This document shows, piece by piece, positions 56,483 to 64,000 of a DNA stretch of 64,000 nucleotides. Both the position numbers and the translations under genes were made by a program. Within the stretch, counting starts at the first letter, position 1; every line of letters begins with the position of its first letter. The stretch comes from a virus (taxonomy: Duplodnaviria; Caudoviricetes): positions 96,001 to 160,000 of IMG/VR virus record IMGVR_UViG_3300014590_000001; one strand, given 5' to 3'. The notes beneath the pieces are model-generated. The model saw only the letters and a program-made list of their open reading frames with translations. It searched no databases and was not told the origin of the DNA.

Positions 56483-57092
56483 GATCTACGATAGTGACCC
56501 GCTTCATTCCTTCGGGCGCGATAACCTTGCCATCGTTTGTAGTCACTGAATATTGCTCGATATGAACGCCCTTATTAAGTTGCGTCTTCAGAGCTTCAAG
56601 GAACATCGCTTTACGCGCCTGAAGTTTCGCGAGCCGTTCTTCAGCACCATCCCATTTCGCTTTGCCGAGTTGGTGAATACCGCGCTCAATGTTTTCCATG
56701 TGACGCGTGAACAGATGATATTCAATGTAACGATCAGCAGCGATGATTTCATCCACTGTTTCGTTTTGATAATACGCATTCAGGAAATTCAACATGCCGT
56801 CAGCGCTATCATCCATTTGACCGTAAGAGGCATTCGGGAATTGATTACGTCCTTCCAATCCGTTCCAGTTGAAAAGGAATCCGTCATACTTCAGTTCTTT
56901 ATTTTCTGACGTATCCCAATGGCAAGGAACTTTTTCATGATGCACACAAGTTGCTTCAATAAAAGTTACATCCAGAATTTCTGCGTCGAGATCGGTTGTT
57001 GGAAACGCGTGTGCCTTTTCAATCGGATTGCCGTTGTTATATTTGTGCTGGAAAGCGAAGAAGACGTATTTTTTATTCAGTTCGAAGCGCAT
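56472..57092 (-). CDS. Hypothetical protein
   Basis: 206-aa ORF. Confidence 0.75.
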   Translation of the reverse strand: MRFELNKKYVFFAFQHKYNNGNPIEKAHAFPTTDLDAEILDVTFIEATCVHHEKVPCHWDTSENKELKYDGFLFNWNGLEGRNQFPNASYGQMDDSADGMLNFLNAYYQNETVDEIIAADRYIEYHLFTRHMENIERGIHQLGKAKWDGAEERLAKLQARKAMFLEALKTQLNKGVHIEQYSVTTNDGKVIAPEGMKRVTIVDLDK

Positions 57093-57115
57093 GATTATTT
57101 TCCGTATCAGAGAAT

Positions 57116-57517
57116 TTATTTAGACCATTTGAAATCGACGAGAGCATTGCGGATAATCTTGCTGCGCAATTCCGCTTGCGCTTTTCGGCAATACGCTTTC
57201 CAAAGTTTGTCTTTTACTTTGGAGTAATCCGACGGGCCATCGTTAGATGAAACCATGTTGTCTTTCGCCAAATAAACCAGATTGGCAAGCAGACGTTTAA
57301 TGGAGCGGTCTAATGTGGCTTTGATTTTCAAATTGCCTTTGTCGCTAACGCGAACAACCACACGCAACAACTTTTCTTTCTCAATAGGCAGCGAGAAGGT
57401 GTACGGCGTAGAATCTACTTTCACCATCACCCTAGTTTCAATGTCAGCCTGACTAAGATTCAACAGGCTAGTGAGAGTGCGTTGCAGAAGAACATCATAA
57501 ATTGATTTCTTACTCAT
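57116..57517 (-). CDS. Hypothetical protein
   Basis: 133-aa ORF. Confidence 0.7.
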   Translation of the reverse strand: MSKKSIYDVLLQRTLTSLLNLSQADIETRVMVKVDSTPYTFSLPIEKEKLLRVVVRVSDKGNLKIKATLDRSIKRLLANLVYLAKDNMVSSNDGPSDYSKVKDKLWKAYCRKAQAELRSKIIRNALVDFKWSK

Positions 57518-57523
57518 GATCGC

Positions 57524-57730
57524 TTATACCTTTGTTACTTTAGGATTGATGTTGAAATGCTTCTGAACATACAGAGCACCTTTACCTGCGGCGACGTTAA
57601 ATTCCATTGTCTGCCCTTCGTCTTCGAAAGGATGAATACCGAGCGGCAGTTCGGTTGTGACAATCACTTTATCACAACCATTGCCTGTCAAAACTTCAAC
57701 GCGTTTCACACGCAGATTGATTGTTTCCAT
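57524..57730 (-). CDS. Small hypothetical protein
   Basis: Start METINL, GGAGG RBS. Confidence 0.7.
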   Translation of the reverse strand: METINLRVKRVEVLTGNGCDKVIVTTELPLGIHPFEDEGQTMEFNVAAGKGALYVQKHFNINPKVTKV

Positions 57731-57731
57731 T

Positions 57732-58184
57732 TTACACCTCCACGCTTGCAATGCCGATGAAGAAATCTTCGTAAGGCAGAATTAAAAAGTTAACGACACT
57801 CAGAAGTTTTGTGTCGGGCAATCTGAACGACTGTACAAAACAATCTTCAGGATTCGTTTGCGTATAACGCACAAACAATTCGTTCAGCAGGAATTTGTAA
57901 TCGTCGTCAGCAGGTGAAAACTTCTCACCATCGTAACCGAGCATTTCCAGCAGCACGGAAGTTTGTACACGATGACCGCCTTTCGAAATCACATACACAA
58001 ATGAGATCGGAAGAATTGATTTATTGGTGCCGTGTGACTCGTTGTAGCGCTGAACCGCCTCACTCTCTACTTGCTTAAAGAATGGTTCAGTGCTTTGCCA
58101 AAGTCTATTCTGAAACAAAACCGGACGAGTGCGAAATTCTACACCACTCAATACAAGCAATCCACTTTTCGGATCGAAGTTCAT
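57732..58184 (-). CDS. Hypothetical protein
   Basis: 150-aa ORF. Confidence 0.7.
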   Translation of the reverse strand: MNFDPKSGLLVLSGVEFRTRPVLFQNRLWQSTEPFFKQVESEAVQRYNESHGTNKSILPISFVYVISKGGHRVQTSVLLEMLGYDGEKFSPADDDYKFLLNELFVRYTQTNPEDCFVQSFRLPDTKLLSVVNFLILPYEDFFIGIASVEV

Positions 58185-58708
58185 TTTATGTCCTTAGCCA
58201 TATCAGGCCAATGGGATTTATTTATGCGAGCGCGAATTGTGCGAAAGAAGTTTCCTTCAATGTAACCGCTAAACGGTTCGGCTCGTAACTCGTTTCTTAC
58301 GTGATACGATTCAATGGCAAGCATCACTTTCTCAGGATTCACCATGTCCTTCGCCGCCGCATAAATGATTTCACGAGAATTGATTTCCAGTTCAAACGTG
58401 ATTCTGCTATTGCGCACACCGATCACGAAAGGATCAATGCTTTGCGAAATAACCGGAACAACTAAAACCAATTCCCCTTTCCGATAACGAGCAGCGGAAG
58501 TAACAATCTTTTGTGCGTAAGGTTCCAGTGAGCGAAAGTACGCATTAAGAACATCAGCATCTTTAAAGTGTTTAGGAACCGGAAGACGAAACACGCGATA
58601 GTTTAGCTCGTAGTGGAGCAGCGAACCGCGCTGAATGTCGTTGTTCAGAATGTTGTTCTGAATTTCAGCAAGAGTCATTACGTCAGAGATAGCGGCGATT
58701 GGGAACAT
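58181..58708 (-). CDS. Hypothetical protein
   Basis: 175-aa ORF. Confidence 0.7.
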   Translation of the reverse strand: MFPIAAISDVMTLAEIQNNILNNDIQRGSLLHYELNYRVFRLPVPKHFKDADVLNAYFRSLEPYAQKIVTSAARYRKGELVLVVPVISQSIDPFVIGVRNSRITFELEINSREIIYAAAKDMVNPEKVMLAIESYHVRNELRAEPFSGYIEGNFFRTIRARINKSHWPDMAKDIK

Positions 58709-58719
58709 TAGTTTCTGTC

Positions 58720-59418
58720 CTAGTAGCGTTTAATTGAATTTATGTAATCCAACATTTCAAGTTTATGTTGAATCACGTAACGTTCGAACATTCTCTTTGC
58801 CTGTTCGGTACAGAATACCAGAGAGCGGAGAAAGTCGATTCGGTCATACACGAAATTGATAAGACGATGATCGTCAAATGCGTACTGCGGGAAAACTGAA
58901 ACGAGTTCACCGCGCAGACCTTCAACAATCGTTACAGCACGGCCAGGCATAACGCCCCACAAAATATCCGCATCACGTAAAACTTTTTCGTACACGGTTT
59001 GCGGCACACGGTCTTCAGTGTATGGGAATTGCGTAATCAGAATCAGCTTTTCAATTTCTTTTTCCAGACGTTTAAAATCGGGATTAGAATCGGATTGCCA
59101 AATCCAGTCATGCAGAGCAGAGATCGCGTTTTGAATATTAACATCATCGCTGAATTCCCCTAACGTGTGATCCATATCGTGAATCAACGCAGCAGCCAGC
59201 AAGGAGAAAATTTCGTCATGACTCTCTTTTGCAGATTCCGGAAGAAGATCCAAACACAACAACGCCACCCCATCCATGTGCATTGTTGTGTGGTAAAGCA
59301 TAGTTGTATTCTTCACTGAATTGTTTTGCGCGATCCACTCACGATATTGTGTTAGACCATACTGATTGCAAATTTCATTCAGACGAGAATCAAACTCAAC
59401 GCTAGTGAGCAGTGCCAT
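58720..59418 (-). CDS. HD-superfamily phosphohydrolase (PDE-like motif spacing)
   Basis: YHTTMH...AALIHDMDHTLG...LRDAD; start MALLTS. Confidence 0.8.
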   Translation of the reverse strand: MALLTSVEFDSRLNEICNQYGLTQYREWIAQNNSVKNTTMLYHTTMHMDGVALLCLDLLPESAKESHDEIFSLLAAALIHDMDHTLGEFSDDVNIQNAISALHDWIWQSDSNPDFKRLEKEIEKLILITQFPYTEDRVPQTVYEKVLRDADILWGVMPGRAVTIVEGLRGELVSVFPQYAFDDHRLINFVYDRIDFLRSLVFCTEQAKRMFERYVIQHKLEMLDYINSIKRY

Positions 59419-59429
59419 AATTTTTTTCC

Positions 59430-59951
59430 TTACGCAGCGGCAGGAAAAAAGGATCGCCATACTGTTAAGATAGACGTACCGTTTTTCCTGCGAGTACGAA
59501 CAATGAGAGGAATGCCGGTGTAGAAACCGTGTATCATTGCAACACGTATTTCTTCTAAAGAAATTCGCGGTGAGCGATCTTGATAACCGAAGTATAACTC
59601 GTCCGGCGAGCTAACATGCTCAGGCACACGCTCTACAAAAGTAGAAAGCATTGCAGCGAATTTTTCTTCTATCTCCACTCTACCATTTTCATGAGCGAAG
59701 ATTTCTTCGCGAGCAGTTTCAGTGTGTGCAACCGGAACGATCAACGGGATTGCTTTTTCTGGACGCTTATTAGCGTACTCTTCATACAGCGGAGTGACAA
59801 ACGGATAGTTGCGAGAAACGCATTCGCAAAATTCGTATATCATCGACTCTGGAGCGCTTGGAACAATAAGCGTGAGTAAAGCAAATTCCTGCGAAGGAGC
59901 GAAAGGCTTTAACAGTTCGGTCTGGAAATCAAGTAAAGCGTTTACGTTCAT
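59430..59951 (-). CDS. Hypothetical protein
   Basis: GAGG RBS. Confidence 0.7.
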   Translation of the reverse strand: MNVNALLDFQTELLKPFAPSQEFALLTLIVPSAPESMIYEFCECVSRNYPFVTPLYEEYANKRPEKAIPLIVPVAHTETAREEIFAHENGRVEIEEKFAAMLSTFVERVPEHVSSPDELYFGYQDRSPRISLEEIRVAMIHGFYTGIPLIVRTRRKNGTSILTVWRSFFPAAA

Positions 59952-59961
59952 AGTGTATACC

Positions 59962-60255
59962 TCAGTAATGTTTTAGGCCGCGTACAACTTCTCCCGCGAG
60001 ATTGATTAAGCGAACAATATGCAATGCGTCTTTTTCATAACGCGGTTTATATGCAACACTGTATTCGATGACTTCTTGAATTAATTTCAGTGCAACATTT
60101 TTGCGCCTGTTCATTAACTCCCGATAAGCAGCGCAACTTTTATCGGTGAGGACAGAGACAATATCATTTGGGCGCTTTGCGCGTTCAAGTTCGAGCTTGA
60201 AAGCAATGAAGTCGAGAGCCAGTTTACGAGCTTTCTCTTGAGTTCTAATGGTCAT
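59962..60255 (-). CDS. Hypothetical protein
   Basis: First gene after promoter 7. Confidence 0.7.
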   Translation of the reverse strand: MTIRTQEKARKLALDFIAFKLELERAKRPNDIVSVLTDKSCAAYRELMNRRKNVALKLIQEVIEYSVAYKPRYEKDALHIVRLINLAGEVVRGLKHY

Positions 60256-60299
60256 GGTCGATTACCTGTGCAAATGAGTGTATGTGTTTCCCTTCGCCT

Positions 60300-60355
60300 A
60301 GTTTACCTAAGCGAAACGGCAAATGCCATCACTATTTTGGACACCAATTTGCAGA
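60300..60355 (-). promoter_or_regulatory. Box-type promoter 7
   Basis: TCTGCAAATTGGTGTCCAAAA-N6-TGGCAT-N17-TAAACT. Confidence 0.8.
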
Positions 60356-60376
60356 GTTTAACAGTTCATGGAAGCC

Positions 60377-60411
60377 AAAAAGGGAACCTGAAGTGTCCGA
60401 CAGGTTCCCTT
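60377..60411 (-). terminator. Intrinsic terminator
   Basis: AAGGGAACCTG...CAGGTTCCCTT-TTT. Confidence 0.8.
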
Positions 60412-60416
60412 GAGTT

Positions 60417-60992
60417 TTAAACTACGCGATGGTACTGCTTCATAACTTTAGCGTAATACTGCGGAGATCTAACGCCGCGCTTATAAGCATACTTGCCCAC
60501 GTTGTAAGAATGCACGATGCACCTAACATTGTTTCGACAAGTCTTCTTTAAGTCGGCAAGAATTTCCGCTGCCTTATCCACATTCTTTCGATAGTTCATC
60601 ATATCGCTTTTGGTTGTCGCATGATATCGAGGAATAACCTGACACATACCAACAGCACCACGATTGACGACACGTTTTCGTAAATGAGATTCGGATACAC
60701 ATACCGAAACCAGAAGTTTTGCATCTATGCCGTGTTTTTTAGCGGCGCTATCAAACACGAAACCAAGATCATCAGGTTGTGGTAGATGTGCGTACAACTT
60801 CTGCAAACGCACCGTAGCTTTTTTCTGCGGTTTTGCTTGCGTGAGTTTTACTCCCGTATTGCTTTGCTGTGATGAAACTGAAGCGTTCGCTTTGAGCGAA
60901 AATGAGATTGCTACAGCAAGGATCAGTCCCATGCAAATTTTTGCAAGGGAACCTCTTTTGATCACCTCGATGGTTTGAAGGTTGGAATTCAT
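60417..60992 (-). CDS. Lytic transglycosylase (SLT family) with N-terminal signal/anchor
   Basis: Catalytic ES (VSESH), GAVGMCQV, SYNVG. Confidence 0.88.
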   Translation of the reverse strand: MNSNLQTIEVIKRGSLAKICMGLILAVAISFSLKANASVSSQQSNTGVKLTQAKPQKKATVRLQKLYAHLPQPDDLGFVFDSAAKKHGIDAKLLVSVCVSESHLRKRVVNRGAVGMCQVIPRYHATTKSDMMNYRKNVDKAAEILADLKKTCRNNVRCIVHSYNVGKYAYKRGVRSPQYYAKVMKQYHRVV

Positions 60993-61032
60993 TGTTTGGA
61001 AAATCTCCTAGAGTAATTGCTGCTAGGTCAAG

Positions 61033-61302
61033 TTAAAGTAACAGACCGTATAAGTTTTTATATTTTACTAAGCCCCTCCTATTTCGTATTAGGCAATCGT
61101 AGTTGAAAGGATCGATCCACAAAACTTGCCAGCCGTTTGTCTCATACATATAAAGACGACCGAGAAAGAATCTCTCACTGCGCATTTTGCGTAATGCTTT
61201 TTCACAATGATGTTTGAAATACTTTTCGTTTTCTTCAAACTCATACGTCGCCAGATATTTTAAAACGGCGCGTAAATTCTTTAACGGCGTTTCGCGTTTC
61301 AT
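61033..61302 (-). CDS. Hypothetical protein
   Basis: 89-aa ORF. Confidence 0.6.
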   Translation of the reverse strand: MKRETPLKNLRAVLKYLATYEFEENEKYFKHHCEKALRKMRSERFFLGRLYMYETNGWQVLWIDPFNYDCLIRNRRGLVKYKNLYGLLL

Positions 61303-61323
61303 GAATCAATCCATTATTGAAAA

Positions 61324-61845
61324 TTACTTGTTGGCTTTGTTCGTGCTGCCGAAACCACCTTCACCACGAACCGTTTCAGACAATTCTGAAACGATGTTTG
61401 GAAGCAGACGACCAGTACGCACAAACAGTAATTGTCCGAGCGCCTCGCCGCGTGGAATTTTCAAACTGCGTTTGCAGTCTTCCCACTCTTCAGGTTTAGT
61501 TTTATGAGGCTGCAATCCTCCTTCATGGAGCCAAGCAGCCGCCATCCATGTGCCGCGATAATCGGGGTCAATCAGGCCGAGAGTGTTCGCCAGCGCCAGC
61601 CCAAACTTCGAACCGTAGCCGGAGCGAGGCATCAGCACACACGCGAAGTCAGCAGGGAATTCAGCTTTGAAACCGAGATCGATCAGTTGAGTTTTCTCAG
61701 TGATGATCAAATCGGTCTGCGCGAAAACATCCAGCGCCGCACTAAGCGGTGTACCGTATGCAGGAGGAATAAAGTTTTTCAATTCCGGATTAGGCAGAAT
61801 GTCGAAAGTTGTTGCCATCGGAGCAGGAGTGAAAATTTGTTCCAT
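61324..61845 (-). CDS. dut: Trimeric dUTPase
   Basis: SAALDV, PRSG, GLIDPDYRG, GQL, RGEGGFGST. Confidence 0.95.
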   Translation of the reverse strand: MEQIFTPAPMATTFDILPNPELKNFIPPAYGTPLSAALDVFAQTDLIITEKTQLIDLGFKAEFPADFACVLMPRSGYGSKFGLALANTLGLIDPDYRGTWMAAAWLHEGGLQPHKTKPEEWEDCKRSLKIPRGEALGQLLFVRTGRLLPNIVSELSETVRGEGGFGSTNKANK

Positions 61846-61846
61846 T

Positions 61847-62191
61847 TTAAATTTTACCTTCAGTGATATTGATATTGATTGAAACGTTGAACGGGAACAT
61901 TACAGGTTCAGAATCCATAATGTTCTTTCCCAAATAAAGATGGATAACATGATCGCCATTACCGAGCGAAGTTGCGAACCACTTCATGACCTTTAAAACT
62001 TTCTCGTAGCTGTCCGTGATTCCTACGTCAGTGCCTTTACTTCCGCTGCCGAGTGACGCATAGAAAGTTTTGCCAGCTTTAAGCTGTTCCAGTTTATTCA
62101 AAGGAACTTTCTTGCGAGGTACTGGCTTTTTCTTTTTCGGGATTTGCTGCAACTGCGGATCTTTAAACGAATGCTTCTTCGTGATCTTCAT
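61847..62191 (-). CDS. Basic hypothetical protein
   Basis: Lys-rich N-terminus; GAGG RBS. Confidence 0.7.
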   Translation of the reverse strand: MKITKKHSFKDPQLQQIPKKKKPVPRKKVPLNKLEQLKAGKTFYASLGSGSKGTDVGITDSYEKVLKVMKWFATSLGNGDHVIHLYLGKNIMDSEPVMFPFNVSININITEGKI

Positions 62192-62200
62192 ACGCCGTCC

Positions 62201-62647
62201 TCAGTCAGCGTGAGAATACTGACACTCAGTTGCGGAAACGATTTTGCCGTCGTGCGTACCTTCCAGAATTTTGAACAGCGTGAGAGGGCCACGATCAAAC
62301 AAACAAATACCGCGCAGCTTTTTCGAAGTGTCGTAGTGGAAAATAATATCGACAAATTTTCCTTCGAAGCAGTGCTTGCTTGTCACGTTTTCCATGAATC
62401 CAAATTCCTGCGGATAGTGCTCACGACTAACAGTGTCGTAATAGTGACACACGTTATCAGGAAAATGATCAGCGTTCAGTTCCACGATTTCACGATTGGG
62501 AAACTCTGCGTCACTGCGAACAACAGTTCCTTTCAAAGTAACAATGTTACCTTCATGCAGTTTAACGTGGACTTCAGTTTCTTTTCCCAAACGATCTTCT
62601 TTTTGAGCAGGGAACAGATCATGATTAATTGTTGCGACAACACCCAT
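62201..62647 (-). CDS. Hypothetical protein with an internally duplicated beta-domain
   Basis: LGKETEVHV...LKGTVVR versus EGKFVDIIF...LRGICL...ATECQY. Confidence 0.7.
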   Translation of the reverse strand: MGVVATINHDLFPAQKEDRLGKETEVHVKLHEGNIVTLKGTVVRSDAEFPNREIVELNADHFPDNVCHYYDTVSREHYPQEFGFMENVTSKHCFEGKFVDIIFHYDTSKKLRGICLFDRGPLTLFKILEGTHDGKIVSATECQYSHAD

Positions 62648-62704
62648 TTCAAATCTCCTTAGAAACAAGAATGGCGCAGCAAATGCCACGCCTATATATT
62701 TGGT

Positions 62705-62998
62705 TTACAGATTGACGATACAAGTTTCATCGTCGATTGGAAATCCACGCTCGTCAGTTTTTCCAGAGCGGCGTGACAGATGAAAATACAGATCGTTTTC
62801 TTTCGGGCCTGTTTGAATCGACGTGCATTTGTCCGTAAACTGCGTAGTCACATGCGAGATAGAAATATCTTCCAGAATTAAACGCTGGCTCAATTCTGTC
62901 AGAGTTACAAGACCGTGCGCATACAGAGTTAAAGACTCAAGCGCAGATTTGTTCAGTTCCAGTTTACGCGGTGCAGTATCGGTCGGTTCGTATGACAT
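62705..62998 (-). CDS. Hypothetical protein
   Basis: 97-aa ORF. Confidence 0.65.
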   Translation of the reverse strand: MSYEPTDTAPRKLELNKSALESLTLYAHGLVTLTELSQRLILEDISISHVTTQFTDKCTSIQTGPKENDLYFHLSRRSGKTDERGFPIDDETCIVNL

Positions 62999-63010
62999 TT
63001 TCGTTTTGCC

Positions 63011-63307
63011 TTATAAAGATTTCAGAAGTTCAAAATCTGATTCATCCATCAGATCGCGGAAAGAAGGAACGTTCGTATTCGCAGAACGTCCAATGCGATG
63101 TAACCGGATAGCAGCGCCGACACCGTCATCAACAGCGACAGCAGGATCAACGCCACGCATAATCTTGCTTACGATTTCCTCACGCAGAGGAAACATTGCG
63201 GAAGATTCCATTCCTTCCGCGTGGAAGCGCATTAAAATTTCTGTCTGCATCGCGGCATGAGCTTTCACCATAGCGTCCAGCGCTTTCTTACGATTCATCT
63301 TTGCCAC
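63011..63307 (-). CDS. Hypothetical protein
   Basis: 98-aa ORF, GTG start. Confidence 0.65.
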   Translation of the reverse strand: MAKMNRKKALDAMVKAHAAMQTEILMRFHAEGMESSAMFPLREEIVSKIMRGVDPAVAVDDGVGAAIRLHRIGRSANTNVPSFRDLMDESDFELLKSL

Positions 63308-63310
63308 AAC

Positions 63311-63796
63311 TTAATTCCCCATAACCTGATTGTGCAGCGCAGTCAGAGTATCCAACAGCGCTTTTTGTGAGTTGTAATTGTTCATGAGATTGTTTTCGAA
63401 TGCGCCAATCTCAAACGCGTTTTCGTCAGTGCTTACGAAATCGTAACGCGTGGTTGTTCCGTTTGGCAGAACATACGTTACGGTAACGCCGTACTCTTCT
63501 TTCGTGATAGTAGTCTTCACGGCGTTTTCTGACAGAGAACAAATGAGAGGCCACATTGGGCGAGTCTCATATGTTGTTTCACTCACGCTAAAATCGAGAT
63601 CGGCAGTTTGCAGAAAATCATAACCAGCATAAGTTTTCTGACAACGTGCATCCACTGATTTAGTCAGCGCCAAATCTTTAGTGATGATTCGCGGCGTGAC
63701 TTCTGCGAGAGCGGCAGGGCTTGATGAAACACTAGCATTCGCTTGCTGTACCGATGCAAACAGAATTGCAGATAACACAATGCTAGATACCTTCAT
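63311..63796 (-). CDS. Secreted/periplasmic hypothetical protein
   Basis: Sec signal MKVSSIVLSAILFASVQQANA; AGGAG RBS. Confidence 0.75.
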   Translation of the reverse strand: MKVSSIVLSAILFASVQQANASVSSSPAALAEVTPRIITKDLALTKSVDARCQKTYAGYDFLQTADLDFSVSETTYETRPMWPLICSLSENAVKTTITKEEYGVTVTYVLPNGTTTRYDFVSTDENAFEIGAFENNLMNNYNSQKALLDTLTALHNQVMGN

Positions 63797-63799
63797 GAC

Positions 63800-64000
63800 T
63801 TACTCCTTTTTAGATTGAACAGTTGTGTAAACTACGCGCTCAGAAAATTCGTTGATAACGTTCCAATCCGTTTGATCACCGCTTTTCATTTTGAGCTGAT
63901 TGGCAACTTCGATTGCTTGTTCTACTTTTGGATATGATGCAATTTCGTTTGGTCTTCCGATTTCTGCCATGAACACGCCGGAGTAACCTTCTCCTTTGTA
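63800..64000 (-). CDS. C-terminal part of a hypothetical protein entering from the right edge
   Basis: Open frame YKGEGYSG...TVQSKKE-stop. Confidence 0.6.
   Translation of the reverse strand, partial: YKGEGYSGVFMAEIGRPNEIASYPKVEQAIEVANQLKMKSGDQTDWNVINEFSERVVYTTVQSKKE

Noticed and set aside
38769-60355. Read on the plus strand, the box (TTGG-N10-GCA) resembles a sigma54 -24/-12 promoter
   Set aside because: It would point antisense to every gene, and GG or GC is lost in two copies (50229, 56462). The invariant 29-nt spacing to minus-strand -10 hexamers explains the motif better. Not formally excluded without TSS data.
298-62689. Several over-extended ORF-track starts (e.g. 1269, 9300, 15475, 18572, 19819, 29269, 32279, 39886, 53326)
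   Set aside because: The extensions overlap upstream genes or regulatory DNA; downstream starts, most with a recognisable RBS, were used instead
60417-63796. Identical ANA-SVSS signal-cleavage context in the transglycosylase and the 63311 protein
   Set aside because: A short low-complexity match consistent with ordinary signal-peptidase preference
1-64000. tRNA, rRNA, integrase, transposase or phage-nucleus (chimallin/tubulin) genes
   Set aside because: No recognisable cloverleaf or motif by eye; tRNAscan-SE and HMM searches would be needed to exclude them formally

Overview
The window is a segment of a large (jumbo-type) tailed dsDNA phage genome with essentially all genes on the minus strand. 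Gene content recalls jumbo myoviruses of enterobacteria, but that is from memory and needs a BLAST check. About 1-23 kb holds small accessory and nucleotide-metabolism genes: a Tad2/DUF2829-like protein, MazG-like protein, GNAT, thymidylate synthase, dCMP deaminase, T4-type Dam, a frameshifted Toprim primase, a macrodomain protein and a 5'-3' exonuclease. About 23-39 kb is the core block: portal, terminase large subunit with an intein in Walker A, DnaB helicase, a sigma-factor-like protein, HNH and a two-subunit type IIA topoisomerase. About 39-55 kb is an island of histone-H1-like and extremely acidic proteins sharing small helical repeats and paralogous domains. About 55-64 kb has an HD hydrolase, a lytic transglycosylase and dUTPase. 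The most striking non-coding signal is a phage-specific promoter class in seven copies, with a TCTGCAAA-N3-GTGTCCAAAA box exactly 29 nt upstream of a -10 hexamer. In several copies the -10 lies inside a hairpin, and one copy drives a roughly 83-nt ORF-less terminated RNA. A second motif, CTGTAAATA, recurs at operon starts. No tRNA, rRNA or CRISPR array was seen. All calls are from reading the sequence by eye.
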